The notes beneath the pieces are model-generated. The model was not told the DNA's origin and ran no database searches. It was given only the letters and a program-made list of their open reading frames with translations. Positions 1 to 9,287 of a stretch of DNA of 64,000 nt are shown here, one piece after another. The stretch is from Candidatus Alkanophaga liquidiphilum (lineage in GTDB: Archaea; Halobacteriota; Syntropharchaeia; Alkanophagales; B39-G2): the NCBI GenBank assembly GCA_029259535.1, contig JAPHEF010000005.1:97-64096 (forward strand), read 5' to 3'. The first letter of the stretch is position 1. Each line of letters starts with the position of its first letter. A program made the translations under genes and the position numbers.

Positions 1-963
1 AAAGGCGGCGCTCATGCGATATTATTGGCGGTCGTCTGTTTCTTGCTTTCCATGTTTGCGGTGGCGCTCGCTGCTGTCCACTTTTTGGGCTGGGAGCTTT
101 TATACGGGCTGCTCTTCGGCGCAATTGTCGGAAATCCGACGCCGCTTGTCGTGTTTTCAGTGGTGAAGCGGCTGGGATTGAAAGAGCGGACAGCCACCGT
201 CCTGAGGTTAGAGGCGACGGTCGCTGAGATTTTGGCGATAGTAACGGCGTTAGCCCTTCTTGAGTCGCTCGCCACGCCGCAGCCTCTGCCGTCTGCGATA
301 ATAGCAGATGCGATCAGTAAGTTTTCGGTCGGCGGGATGATAGGGATTATCGCCGGCGTCCTCTGGTACTTTGTGCTTGACAAGGTGCGGGAACTTCCGT
401 TCTCCTACATGCTCACGCTCGCTGCAGCGTTCATCGTGTTCAGCATCGTTGAGAGCCTCGGCGGGAGCGGCCCTGTTAGCGCATTGCTCTTCGGTCTGAC
501 ACTCGGCAACGAAGAGAGCATTGCTTATATTCTGAGGCACGAGCGGGAAATATTGCGCTTTGACGAAACGATGCGCGCATTTCACTCCGAAATTTCATTT
601 TTTATACGAGCGTTCTTCTTCGTCTATCTCGGCGCAATATGCTCAGTGTCGCAATCCGACATCATAATTTACGGCATCCTTATTTCCTTGACATTACTTG
701 CCGCTCGTATTATCTCGGTCTTAGTATGCACCGTGCGGACCAACCTCTGGGCGGATGCGGCGGTGATGAGCTTCATGCTCCCCCGGGGCTTGGCGGCAGC
801 GGTTCTTGCGACGCTTGTCCTCAGCTTCGCAGACCATTTTCCCAGAGGCATGCAGGACGCCCTTATCATCTCAGAACTCACGTTCGTCGTCATCTTCGTC
901 ACCATCCTGATATGCACTGTGAGCACTTGCTTCTTCTTAAGAAGAATAGCTATTAGGGGCTGA
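1..963 (+). CDS. Na+/H+ antiporter (CPA1/NhaP-type) C-terminal portion; the ORF is open to the window start, so it is 5'-partial
   Basis: Polytopic hydrophobic translation (LLFGAIVGNPTP..., multiple TM helices). Frame 1 has no stop from base 1, so the gene continues upstream. Confidence 0.55.
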   Translation, partial: KGGAHAILLAVVCFLLSMFAVALAAVHFLGWELLYGLLFGAIVGNPTPLVVFSVVKRLGLKERTATVLRLEATVAEILAIVTALALLESLATPQPLPSAIIADAISKFSVGGMIGIIAGVLWYFVLDKVRELPFSYMLTLAAAFIVFSIVESLGGSGPVSALLFGLTLGNEESIAYILRHEREILRFDETMRAFHSEISFFIRAFFFVYLGAICSVSQSDIIIYGILISLTLLAARIISVLVCTVRTNLWADAAVMSFMLPRGLAAAVLATLVLSFADHFPRGMQDALIISELTFVVIFVTILICTVSTCFFLRRIAIRG

Positions 964-964
964 G

Positions 965-2146
965 TTACCTTGTATGGACAATTTTAATCACGTCGTTGTT
1001 TTTCAGGGCGTAGTCGGCGCTGAGCCTGCGTTTTGTCCTTGCGTCTACCGCATACAAGAAACTTTGTCCGATTTCGGTATGGACTGCGAATGCAAGGTCT
1101 CTGGCTGTGCTGCCACGCTTCATGAGGAAGGCGTCCGGAAGCGTTCTACCTACGGAGTCGCAGAGCTTGTTCTCATCCTCAACGGGATAAACGACGATGT
1201 GGTCGAGGAGGTCGAAGACTGCCCTGTTTATGCATTCTTGGACGCCACTGCTCCCGAATTCCCGCAGCAGCCTCCGCATTCTTTCGAGCGCCGCCCTTTG
1301 TGCATTAGTAACATCTGCTATGATTTCAAAATCCGAGTCGCCAGCGAGGTATTTTATGATGTTGTTCTTTGCCGCCGTCCGCAGTGCGAGCTCCATCTCC
1401 GCACTGCACGGAATTACAATGCGATCGAGCGCCTTAAGCCTCTCTAAAAACTCTTTAGGTGCGATGTCCATTTTATTTGCGGCTATTAGCATCTTCTTGC
1501 TCTCCTCGACGACGTGCGTCGCAAGCGTCTTTAGGGCGTCGTCGTCCCAATTTTTGACGTCGCCGTTGGCGGTCTTCATAGTCTTGGACAACGCCGCCTT
1601 CATCTGCGTCTCGGTAATGCCGACGCCCGCAAGCTGCTCGGTCAGCAGTCTCTCCGCTTTTGCCCCTTCAAGCTCGATCCGCCGCTGAACCTTCCGCCAG
1701 TTGCGCTGAATTATCCCGAAGACCCACATTCGTATTTCTTCTTCAAAAAAGGCGACATCCTCGACCGGGTCATGACTGCCGATGTTCACGATATTTCCGT
1801 CGGCATCCGTGCTCCCGGAGGCGTCGACGACGTGAATTATCGATTCCGCCCGCCGCAGGTTGTCAAGAAACTCGTTGCCCAAGCCCCGCCCTTTGTGGGC
1901 GTCCTTGACGAGCCCGGCGACGTCTATCAGCTCTACGGGGATGAACCGCTCACCCCGAACGCAATTCCCGCAGAACTCGCCGAGGAGCTCCTTACAGACG
2001 CATTTCGTGCGGACGTGCGTGATGCCAACGTTTGGCGAAACCGTCGTGAAGGGATACGGCGCAATTTCTACGTCAATCAGCGTGCTCGCTTTAAAAAACG
2101 TAGATTTCCCAGAGTTTGGCTTCCCAGCTATCGCCAAAGTTATCAT
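965..2146 (-). CDS. Obg-like GTPase, Ygr210/YchF-related archaeal family, with TGS-like C-terminus
   Basis: P-loop GKPNSGKSTFF. Cys cluster CxCKELLGEFCGNC, typical of archaeal Ygr210 homologs. G4 motif NKMD. Confidence 0.8.
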   Translation of the reverse strand: MITLAIAGKPNSGKSTFFKASTLIDVEIAPYPFTTVSPNVGITHVRTKCVCKELLGEFCGNCVRGERFIPVELIDVAGLVKDAHKGRGLGNEFLDNLRRAESIIHVVDASGSTDADGNIVNIGSHDPVEDVAFFEEEIRMWVFGIIQRNWRKVQRRIELEGAKAERLLTEQLAGVGITETQMKAALSKTMKTANGDVKNWDDDALKTLATHVVEESKKMLIAANKMDIAPKEFLERLKALDRIVIPCSAEMELALRTAAKNNIIKYLAGDSDFEIIADVTNAQRAALERMRRLLREFGSSGVQECINRAVFDLLDHIVVYPVEDENKLCDSVGRTLPDAFLMKRGSTARDLAFAVHTEIGQSFLYAVDARTKRRLSADYALKNNDVIKIVHTR

Positions 2147-2152
2147 CTTATT

Positions 2153-2422
2153 TTATTTCTCAACAGCCACCGTCTCTAACTGGCTCACTATGCTCCAGAT
2201 GGTCGTCCGGGCGTGCAGCGGCATGTTCGGGTCGTTCGTCAGCTCCTCAAGCGTCGAGATCGCAGAGGTCGCTCGGACTGCCAGCGACTCCTTCCCACTT
2301 AGAAGTTCGTTTTTAACCTGTGTCGCCGCTCGTCGTATATTTCTCGGAACCGTCATATCCTCAATTATTTTGTCAAGAAGCTCGACACACTTTTTTATAA
2401 CATCCGCCTCACTCATTTTCAT
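2153..2422 (-). CDS. UPF0147-family small archaeal protein
   Basis: 89-aa helical protein (MKMSEADVIKKCVELLDKIIED...) resembling the archaeal UPF0147 family. Confidence 0.55.
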   Translation of the reverse strand: MKMSEADVIKKCVELLDKIIEDMTVPRNIRRAATQVKNELLSGKESLAVRATSAISTLEELTNDPNMPLHARTTIWSIVSQLETVAVEK

Positions 2423-2681
2423 CCCCTCACTATATCTTTATTGTTCCGATTTAAATACGACGGAAATAGGAAGTGGAAGCTGTGCTTGCTCGTGGGGATT
2501 GTTTGCAGAGCAGCGCCAATATGCTCTGGGGTTTAAGAAAGTGTTGCTGTTGATTTCTTTTTCATGAGATAAGGGGGGACGGGGTATATCTTTTATATGT
2601 TCGGGATGAAGTGCTATTTACGCAAGGCTGATGCCTCCCGGGCACTATTAGCCTTAAAGAGAGGGGGAGGGGCGAGGTAGA

Positions 2682-4856
2682 ATGAGGATAACAATATTGG
2701 GTGTTTTATTTACAGTGCTTCTCCTTAGCAATGCCATGGCGGCGTCTCCTGAAAGAGCGAGCGCCCCCGAAAAGCTGGACACTCTGTATGTCGGAGAGGT
2801 TTTAAACGTTACCGGGTTAAAGCCGGGCAGCGAGCTGAAGCTTTATAAGAACGCCGAAAAAGTTCTTTCCGTCGAGGCGAGTGCCGGCGGATACGCCGTC
2901 ACGAAAGTAAACGTGGAGGCTGGCAGCTACGAGCTGAGGTGCACGCTTGAGAATGGCACGACCCTTAAAAAACATGTGGAAGTCCACTCCCCACTACTGG
3001 AAATAAAGGTCGTTGACAAGCAGGGACGAAAGGTAAAGGTGGTGGCTGTCAGCGCTCTTTTACGTTTCGACGTAGAGTTTCAGATGCCTGAGGACGACGT
3101 CGTGAGGGTGCGGCACGAGACGCCCGATGGCATTAGGGAGACGCTGAAGACGACCGCCGTGAGCAACCTTTCAAGCCTTAAGATAAGCACAAAGGGGTGG
3201 GAAGCTGGCACGCACGAACTCTGGGCTGAGACGATAAGCAGCATGTCCCGAGGCTTGAGCCTCACGTCAAACGTTGTGAATTTGACAATTCGCTGGCTGG
3301 AAATTACTGCTGGAAGGATGACGGTGGCGGAGGGTGAAAGTATTCGGTTCGTCGTGCGGGCGCTGCCCGAAGTTGCGTTCAGGTGCAACGTCACGCACCC
3401 CGAAACTGTTTTAATGACTCCCGCCTACGACAACCCCTTTGGCTTAGAGTTGAAGCGAGCGTGCAGTATGAGCGCAAGCCCGTTCTGGAAGGGCGGTTTC
3501 GCTGCGGTCACTGATGAAAGCGGTGTTTATGAGTTTGCGCTGCAGTTTAACAAGAGTCAAACATATTCGGTTTGCGTGGAGGCAGACCTCGACGGCGACG
3601 GCGAGTTCGGCGAGGATGGTGAAACGGCAAAATTAGATATAGAGGTTAAACATGCATTTGTGAGCTTGGAAGTGCCAGAAATAGGCATCGTCGGCGAGCT
3701 CGTGAGAATTCGAGGCGAGGCGAGCGGTGGCAGGGACGTGGACATCGTGATTGACAACATTTTGGAGCTTGACGACGTGCCTCTGGCAGACGGCGGCGTC
3801 TTTGAAGTCTATTGGGACACGAAAGGAAAAACTGCGAGGAGCTACGTTGTGAAGGCATACGTGGATTGCCACGTCGAGGACATTGGGAAGGGTGACGACG
3901 TCGAGGAGGTGTATTCGGAGCTGGACGTCGCCGGGGCGGCTACCGTGCGGCTAATAGAGCCCTGGGTCGCAATAACTGAATCGAAATGCGAAGTCGCTAA
4001 GGGCGACAACTACTTTGTGAAGGGCGTTGCATACGGCGCTGACAGCGTGGACATCGTCATCATAGGACCAAACGGCTTCGAGACGCTGCCGATGGGCGTG
4101 GAAGGTGGCTTGTATGTGGCATCCTCAGAGGTCTCTTGTAACAACGAGTTCGAAATTAGCATAAACATCCCGAAAAACGCCAGCAGTGGCGTTTACACCG
4201 CCGTGGCGACTATTCCCAGCTGCGACCGCCGCTACGGCAGCACCAGAGAAGGGCAGCTCCTCTCAGCGTTGCTGGAATGTTACAATGAAAACAACAACAG
4301 CGAGCTCGACGAGCTGCTGGGCAGGAGTCCTGCGCAGCTTTTTGATTACATCAGTGAGGCGACGTTCTACGCAAAGGGTAGCGACGACAAGTTTGCTGTG
4401 ACGGTCTTCGTGGTCTCCGCACCTTACCTGAAGATAGAAGCTGTCGGGAGCGTCGAAGTGGGAACGCCCATCACGATAAGCGGCACGACGAACAGAGAGA
4501 ACGGGACGCTCGTTGCAATAACATGCATTTCTGGACCTACGGAGCTGCCAAGTACCGTGGTGAGCGTGGAGGGCGGTAGGTTCGGCGCAAGAATAGACAC
4601 GAGTAACGCGGTTCCAGGGATATACAGGATAAAAGCAGAGGAAGAAGGTGGAAAAAGTGATGAGGTTACCATAGAGCTTACGGGCGTGCCACCAGCAACG
4701 CCGCTGGAAACCCCGATGCTGGTAGAAACGCCGATGCCTTCGCCGAGCCCGACTGGGACACCAACGCCAAGCCCGACGCCACCAGGCTTTGAAGTGTTAC
4801 TTGCAAGTGTTGCAGTGGCTGCTGCGTATCTGCTGAGGGCTAAGAAAAGGAAATAG
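2682..4856 (+). CDS. Secreted cell-surface (S-layer-like) glycoprotein with PGF-CTERM archaeosortase sorting signal
   Basis: N-terminal signal peptide. Thr/Pro-rich linker TPTPSPTP. C-terminal PGF + hydrophobic helix + RAKKRK (PGF-CTERM). Confidence 0.75.
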   Translation: MRITILGVLFTVLLLSNAMAASPERASAPEKLDTLYVGEVLNVTGLKPGSELKLYKNAEKVLSVEASAGGYAVTKVNVEAGSYELRCTLENGTTLKKHVEVHSPLLEIKVVDKQGRKVKVVAVSALLRFDVEFQMPEDDVVRVRHETPDGIRETLKTTAVSNLSSLKISTKGWEAGTHELWAETISSMSRGLSLTSNVVNLTIRWLEITAGRMTVAEGESIRFVVRALPEVAFRCNVTHPETVLMTPAYDNPFGLELKRACSMSASPFWKGGFAAVTDESGVYEFALQFNKSQTYSVCVEADLDGDGEFGEDGETAKLDIEVKHAFVSLEVPEIGIVGELVRIRGEASGGRDVDIVIDNILELDDVPLADGGVFEVYWDTKGKTARSYVVKAYVDCHVEDIGKGDDVEEVYSELDVAGAATVRLIEPWVAITESKCEVAKGDNYFVKGVAYGADSVDIVIIGPNGFETLPMGVEGGLYVASSEVSCNNEFEISINIPKNASSGVYTAVATIPSCDRRYGSTREGQLLSALLECYNENNNSELDELLGRSPAQLFDYISEATFYAKGSDDKFAVTVFVVSAPYLKIEAVGSVEVGTPITISGTTNRENGTLVAITCISGPTELPSTVVSVEGGRFGARIDTSNAVPGIYRIKAEEEGGKSDEVTIELTGVPPATPLETPMLVETPMPSPSPTGTPTPSPTPPGFEVLLASVAVAAAYLLRAKKRK

Positions 4857-5282
4857 GACCAAGTGTTGTTTGCGAAGTGCAACCAGTGTGCGCGGATACG
4901 TTAGAAAGAAACAGGCTGGGCGGAACCTATACTTAGGATAGAAGACAAAATGATATAGTTCATGAGGTGGACACAGGTGTTCTCATGGCCGTATCCGCGA
5001 GGCACGGGAATAAATATGCCCTAGATATTATACCGAATTCATCCAACCCCTGTTGGCTTTCTGCGGGAGTTTTTGTAACCAAATTCAGGCACGTCACCGC
5101 CGCCGTGTTCATCGACTACGGCGGCGTTCTTGAGGAGCTCTTGCCGGGCTCCACGAAGATGTGCAGCGTGGCTTCGAAAAAGTTGCAAGCAGTGTGAAAT
5201 AGGGTCGCACGTGAGAAGAAGCGATATCAGCGTCTTTTTAAAAAGGGGCAGTTCTACGAGTGCGCGGGGTGTGAAGCCAAAG

Positions 5283-5486
5283 CTTACAAGATTTCGGCGA
5301 GAAAGCTTATGATTTGAACCGAAGCGCCGCTAAATTAAAACTTGTTTGTCCATGTTCTTTTTAACGAGGCTGCGGTGAGCCAGCCTGTCGTGAAACTCCA
5401 ACTCGGAACCGGAGCGGTGCTCCTAAAGGGGTCGGAGTGGAGAGGCTTAACGTGAAGCTCCCGGCTTTAGCCGCGGAGTAGCTCAC
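5283..5486 (+). repeat. Conserved intergenic element, copy A (paralog of 13649-13878)
   Basis: Shares blocks CTTACAAGATTTCGGCGAGAAAGCT, GGTGAGCCAGCC...TCGTGA and GAAGCTCC.GGCTTTAGCC..GGAGTAGCTCAC with copy B. Confidence 0.6.
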
Positions 5487-5504
5487 GATGCAGTGTTGCT
5501 TTTT

Positions 5505-7517
5505 TCATTTTGGCAGCGTGAAGAAGAAACGGCTGCCCCTACCCACTTCGCTCTCAGCCCATACGCGTCCGCCATGTGCCTCCACGACGCTCCGCACGAC
5601 GAAAAGCCCAATCCCCATGCCCTTTTTATGAGATAAGTAGCTGCCAACCTCGTAAAAAGCCTCAAATATTCTGTCAAGCTCGTCCTTTGGGATGCCGACG
5701 CCGCTGTCGGCGACGCAAAACTCAACAGCGTCCCCTTTATCCTCAGCGGTTATCTTTATCAAACCATCCTCCTCAGTGAACTTCATAGCGTTCTCGAGCA
5801 GGCAGTAGAGGGCATGCACGACCTTTTCAGCGTCGCATCTCAACAATATTTCGGGTGCCGTCGCATCTAACTGCTGTCCCTGTTTCAGCAGCGGTCTGAC
5901 GGCTTCGACAGCGTCCGCCACGAGCGCCCTGACATCACACTCCTCAATGGCAAGGCGCAGCCCACCATTTCTGATTACAGCAACTGTTCGAAGGTCGTTC
6001 ACAAGCCTCGTGAGGCGTTGCAGCGCCCTTTCGATGCTGTGGAGGCGTCCTTCCTGCTCAGCGTTCAGCGTGCCAAACGAGTTGCTTAATAGCAGCTCGA
6101 CGTTGCCCTTGATTATCGTGAGCGGAGTGGCTATTTCATGCATCGCTATTGTTATGAGGTTCGATTTCAACGCTTCAAGCTCAAGCTCTCGAGTGTATGC
6201 TTGCTTCAGCGACTCATACGCCTTCTTAAGCTCTGCCTCTAACGCCTTTTTCTCGGTGACATCCCTTGCAATGATTATGACAGTGTCGCTGTCGTCGTGT
6301 TGCAGCCCGCCGGGTCGGCGCACGCAGCTCGCCGCTACTTCCAGCACGAGGGTCCTGTCCCTTCCTTTGAACTTCAGGATGCTTGTGACATCTTCGCCCT
6401 TTAGCGCTTTCGAAAAGATTTCTGACGCTGTTTTGCGGTCCTCCTCAAGGACGAAGTCGAGCACCGCCTTCTCTAAAAAGTCTTCCTTCGAGTATCCGAA
6501 CACCTCCAAAGTCCTCCTATTAACCTCTAAGAAGCGTCCAGCTTTATCGAGCACGATAAAGGGTTCGGAGGCATTATCGAAAAGTTCTTGATAATTCGCC
6601 TTTGACGCCTCCAGCTCTTCGAGGAGCGCCGTCCATGCAATGGTATGAGATGCGAGGTCTGCGAACGCAGAGAGCAACCGCAGCTCGAACTTGCTGAACT
6701 CCTTATACTCCGTGGTTGCGATGCAAAGCACGCCGATAGTCTCGTCCTGCAGCTTTATCGGAACTGTGAGGTAGGATTTCAGCCCATACCTGTTGATAAC
6801 GTGTCTCTCAACCTCTTCAGGCAAGTTCAGGGTCCGCAGGTCTTTGATATAGTGAATCTTCCCGTCGAGCGCCGTTCTGCAGCTCAGGTCATACTTGTTC
6901 TCGCTGAGCTTTATGCGGCGGCGCAGCTCCCAATACTCCTTGCCAAATCCCCTTGTCGCTGCGGTGATCAACTCGTTTTGTTCTCTGTCGAGCAACCGTA
7001 TGGACGCATGCTCGAGGCTCATCATCTCGCAAACGGTGTTCAAAGCGGCATCAAGTGTTTCCCTCATGCTCACGCCATTAACGACTTTCATGCTCGCATC
7101 GTAAAGGGCGTTGAGCCCAGCCATCCGCTCTTCAGCAAGCTTTTTGAGCTGCTTATTGAGCATTTCGAGCCGCTCGCTGAGCGACGCCGTGACCGCAGCG
7201 ACCGTGAGGAAGATGATGCTTCTGAAGACGTCCAGCAAGAAGACATTAGGCACAACGCCGTAAGTGAAATGCAAGCCGAGCAGGAAGATGGCGGAGGCGA
7301 CGGCGATGCCCATGCCTTTCCAGCGCCACCAGACCGCCGCAAGCACAATGGGCACGTAGAAGAGGTGTGTGTGAAACGCTTCTACGTAGAGCGCCCGGCG
7401 GAAGTAATAAGCAATGCCGCAGCAAAGAACGAAGGTTATAAGAACTGAGAGCACTTCAATTCCGACAGCCCGCTCTTGGGCAACTTGTTCCTTCCGAGCA
7501 GCGTTTGAAACTGTCAA
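5505..7517 (-). CDS. Membrane-anchored sensor histidine kinase with GAF and PAS domains
   Basis: N-terminal TM helices. H-box HEIATPLTIIKGNVELL. HATPase G-box DSGVGIP. PAS and GAF-like segments. Confidence 0.85.
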   Translation of the reverse strand: MTVSNAARKEQVAQERAVGIEVLSVLITFVLCCGIAYYFRRALYVEAFHTHLFYVPIVLAAVWWRWKGMGIAVASAIFLLGLHFTYGVVPNVFLLDVFRSIIFLTVAAVTASLSERLEMLNKQLKKLAEERMAGLNALYDASMKVVNGVSMRETLDAALNTVCEMMSLEHASIRLLDREQNELITAATRGFGKEYWELRRRIKLSENKYDLSCRTALDGKIHYIKDLRTLNLPEEVERHVINRYGLKSYLTVPIKLQDETIGVLCIATTEYKEFSKFELRLLSAFADLASHTIAWTALLEELEASKANYQELFDNASEPFIVLDKAGRFLEVNRRTLEVFGYSKEDFLEKAVLDFVLEEDRKTASEIFSKALKGEDVTSILKFKGRDRTLVLEVAASCVRRPGGLQHDDSDTVIIIARDVTEKKALEAELKKAYESLKQAYTRELELEALKSNLITIAMHEIATPLTIIKGNVELLLSNSFGTLNAEQEGRLHSIERALQRLTRLVNDLRTVAVIRNGGLRLAIEECDVRALVADAVEAVRPLLKQGQQLDATAPEILLRCDAEKVVHALYCLLENAMKFTEEDGLIKITAEDKGDAVEFCVADSGVGIPKDELDRIFEAFYEVGSYLSHKKGMGIGLFVVRSVVEAHGGRVWAESEVGRGSRFFFTLPK

Positions 7518-7712
7518 GGGTTACTCCTTATTGCATTTAGTGTCCTGCTTGTATTTAGTTGGGGTTGCTTAAATATTGTTTAGTTGGGTTGTCCAAGTAA
7601 CACGCACGGTAGGGGTGTTCAAAAATTAACTGTGATAGCTAATAATCAGCGATGGGAAGCTATTTATAATCCAAAAGCAATGAACAGCTGTTCAGAAGAA
7701 GGAGAATAGCTG

Positions 7713-8129
7713 GTGGAGGGAGAAAAACCGAATTTGGAAAAATATTCCTGCCCTAATCCTAAGTGCCCGGACTTCGGCGTTTTCGGCGGGGGTAATTTGG
7801 TCTTACATGCACCATATGGCACGCAACGCACCTACCTCCTCAGGTGCAAGACCTGTGGCAGGACGTTCTCGGTGCTTCGGGGAACGCCGTTCTTCAAGCT
7901 ACGAACTCCCAAAGACACCGTCATAAAGGCGTTCTGGCAAATCTCCGAGGGGTACAGCTTCAGGAAGACTGCTAGGGACCTTGGAGTAAGTGAGGATTCT
8001 ATCACAAGATGGACGAACAGGGCTTGTGAGCATGTGGACTTCCTCACGCAATACCTAGAAGAACTGGGGTGGGAAGAAGCACGAATCACGGCATTGTGGT
8101 TTTACATCAAGAAGCGCAGGAAGGTTTAA
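7713..8129 (+). mobile_element. IS1-family InsA-like transposase N-terminal fragment (zinc ribbon + HTH), orphan or truncated
   Basis: CPNPKCPDFG...RCKTCGRTF zinc ribbon followed by HTH GYSFRKTARDLGVSEDSITRW. No InsB/DDE part follows, because pcm starts on the opposite strand. Confidence 0.45.
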
Positions 8130-8132
8130 GGC

Positions 8133-8792
8133 TTAGGCTTCTGGGAAGCCGTATTCCCCGATAAGAGGGACGAAGACGACGCTACACTTCCTGTGCACGA
8201 GCACGCCGTTCTTTTTCTCTACGAGGTAGAGTTGCTGCTCATATGCGTATTTGCCGATGGGAATGACCATCTTACCACCGGTCTTCAACTGCTCCAAGAG
8301 CGGCGGCGGGACGTCGGGCGCTGCGCACGTCACGCAAACCTTGTCGTAGGGCGCCGCCGGCGGGTAGCCGAGCGTGCCGTCGCCGACGATGACGGTGACG
8401 TTCTTGTAGCCCGCACGCTCAAGGTTGTGGCGGGCGGTCTCAGCCAGCGTCCTTATCCGCTCTATGGTGAAGACGTGTCCCGTTTCGCCGACGAGCTCCG
8501 CAATGACAGCGGCGTGGTAGCCGGAGCCGGCTCCGACTTCTAAAACCTTCTCGCCTTTTTTCAGGTCGAGCAGGTCGCACATCTTCGCAACCATGTGCGG
8601 CGCACTTATCGTCTGCCCCTCTCCAATCGGCAGCGGATAGTCTGCATACGCCTTGTCCTGAAGATGTTCAGGCACGAACAAATGGCGAGGCACTTTTTCC
8701 ATGGCACGCAGAACGCGCTCGCTCGCTGCCCCGTAGGAGCGCAACAACCGCACCATGTTCCTTCTTTCCTCTTCAAACTCAGCGACGGGCAT
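8133..8792 (-). CDS. pcm: Protein-L-isoaspartate O-methyltransferase
   Basis: SAM-binding motif [18 protein letters not shown] signature TISAPHMVA. Length 219 aa. Confidence 0.9.
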   Translation of the reverse strand: MPVAEFEEERRNMVRLLRSYGAASERVLRAMEKVPRHLFVPEHLQDKAYADYPLPIGEGQTISAPHMVAKMCDLLDLKKGEKVLEVGAGSGYHAAVIAELVGETGHVFTIERIRTLAETARHNLERAGYKNVTVIVGDGTLGYPPAAPYDKVCVTCAAPDVPPPLLEQLKTGGKMVIPIGKYAYEQQLYLVEKKNGVLVHRKCSVVFVPLIGEYGFPEA

Positions 8793-8811
8793 CTAGAGTT
8801 TTTGATAGAGA

Positions 8812-8885
8812 TGGGCCCGATGCGACTCGAACGCATGACCTCCGCCGTGTGAGGGCGGCGTCATAACCACCTAGACCACGGGCCC
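8812..8885 (-). tRNA. tRNA-Val (anticodon CAC)
   Basis: Reverse complement folds as a cloverleaf: acceptor GGGCCCG/CGGGCCC, anticodon stem CCGCC/GGCGG, loop CTCACAC, T-loop TTCGAGT, discriminator A. No encoded CCA. Confidence 0.85.
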
Positions 8886-8938
8886 TTTTCATAAATACGT
8901 TGCTCAAACTTAAAAAACATGGTAAAAAGAAAAAGGAA

Positions 8939-9235
8939 TTATTGAGTAGTGTCCTCGAGCGTGCCGTAGGAGGAGCCTTTTCCGCCTGCTATGATGTTTC
9001 GTCTCTTTTCTATCTCATCCTCCGGCAGCGCACTCTCCTCGCCGACTCGCACCTTTTTCAGTTTTGCTATGCCGATTTCAAACGTTCTCTGACATCCATG
9101 TGAGCAGAAATAATGCTCCTTACCATCGGGCGTCACTGTGACGTAGGGCTCATGGGGTATGTCGCCAGAACCCTCCAACTCATTCCCCTCGTCGTCGTAG
9201 GCACAAATCTCACATTTCACCATCCTCAACACCAC
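8939..9235 (-). CDS. Small zinc-ribbon (TRASH/YHS-like) protein
   Basis: CEIC ... FCSHGC cysteine pairs. 98 aa. Confidence 0.45.
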   Translation of the reverse strand: MVLRMVKCEICAYDDEGNELEGSGDIPHEPYVTVTPDGKEHYFCSHGCQRTFEIGIAKLKKVRVGEESALPEDEIEKRRNIIAGGKGSSYGTLEDTTQ

Positions 9236-9287
9236 CGCTTACCTTTTAACTTATATTATTTAAGTCTTATCCTTTCTTTGGACAAGC

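Noticed and set aside
12-383. Numerous 60-160-aa ORFs antisense to or overlapping long genes (for example 12-383, 974-1447, 1197-1688, 1860-2567, 5947-6591, 6645-7448, 10395-10784, 15398-15736, 35080-35769, 47804-48421, 59699-60919)
   Set aside because: They lie entirely inside longer ORFs with clear family signatures on the other strand or frame. GC-rich genomes generate long spurious shadow ORFs. None has recognisable motifs.
4967-5197. 76-aa plus-strand ORF in the 0.65-kb spacer after the PGF-CTERM gene
   Set aside because: No motif, and nothing to distinguish it from noise. It is kept out of the feature list, although a small real gene cannot be excluded.
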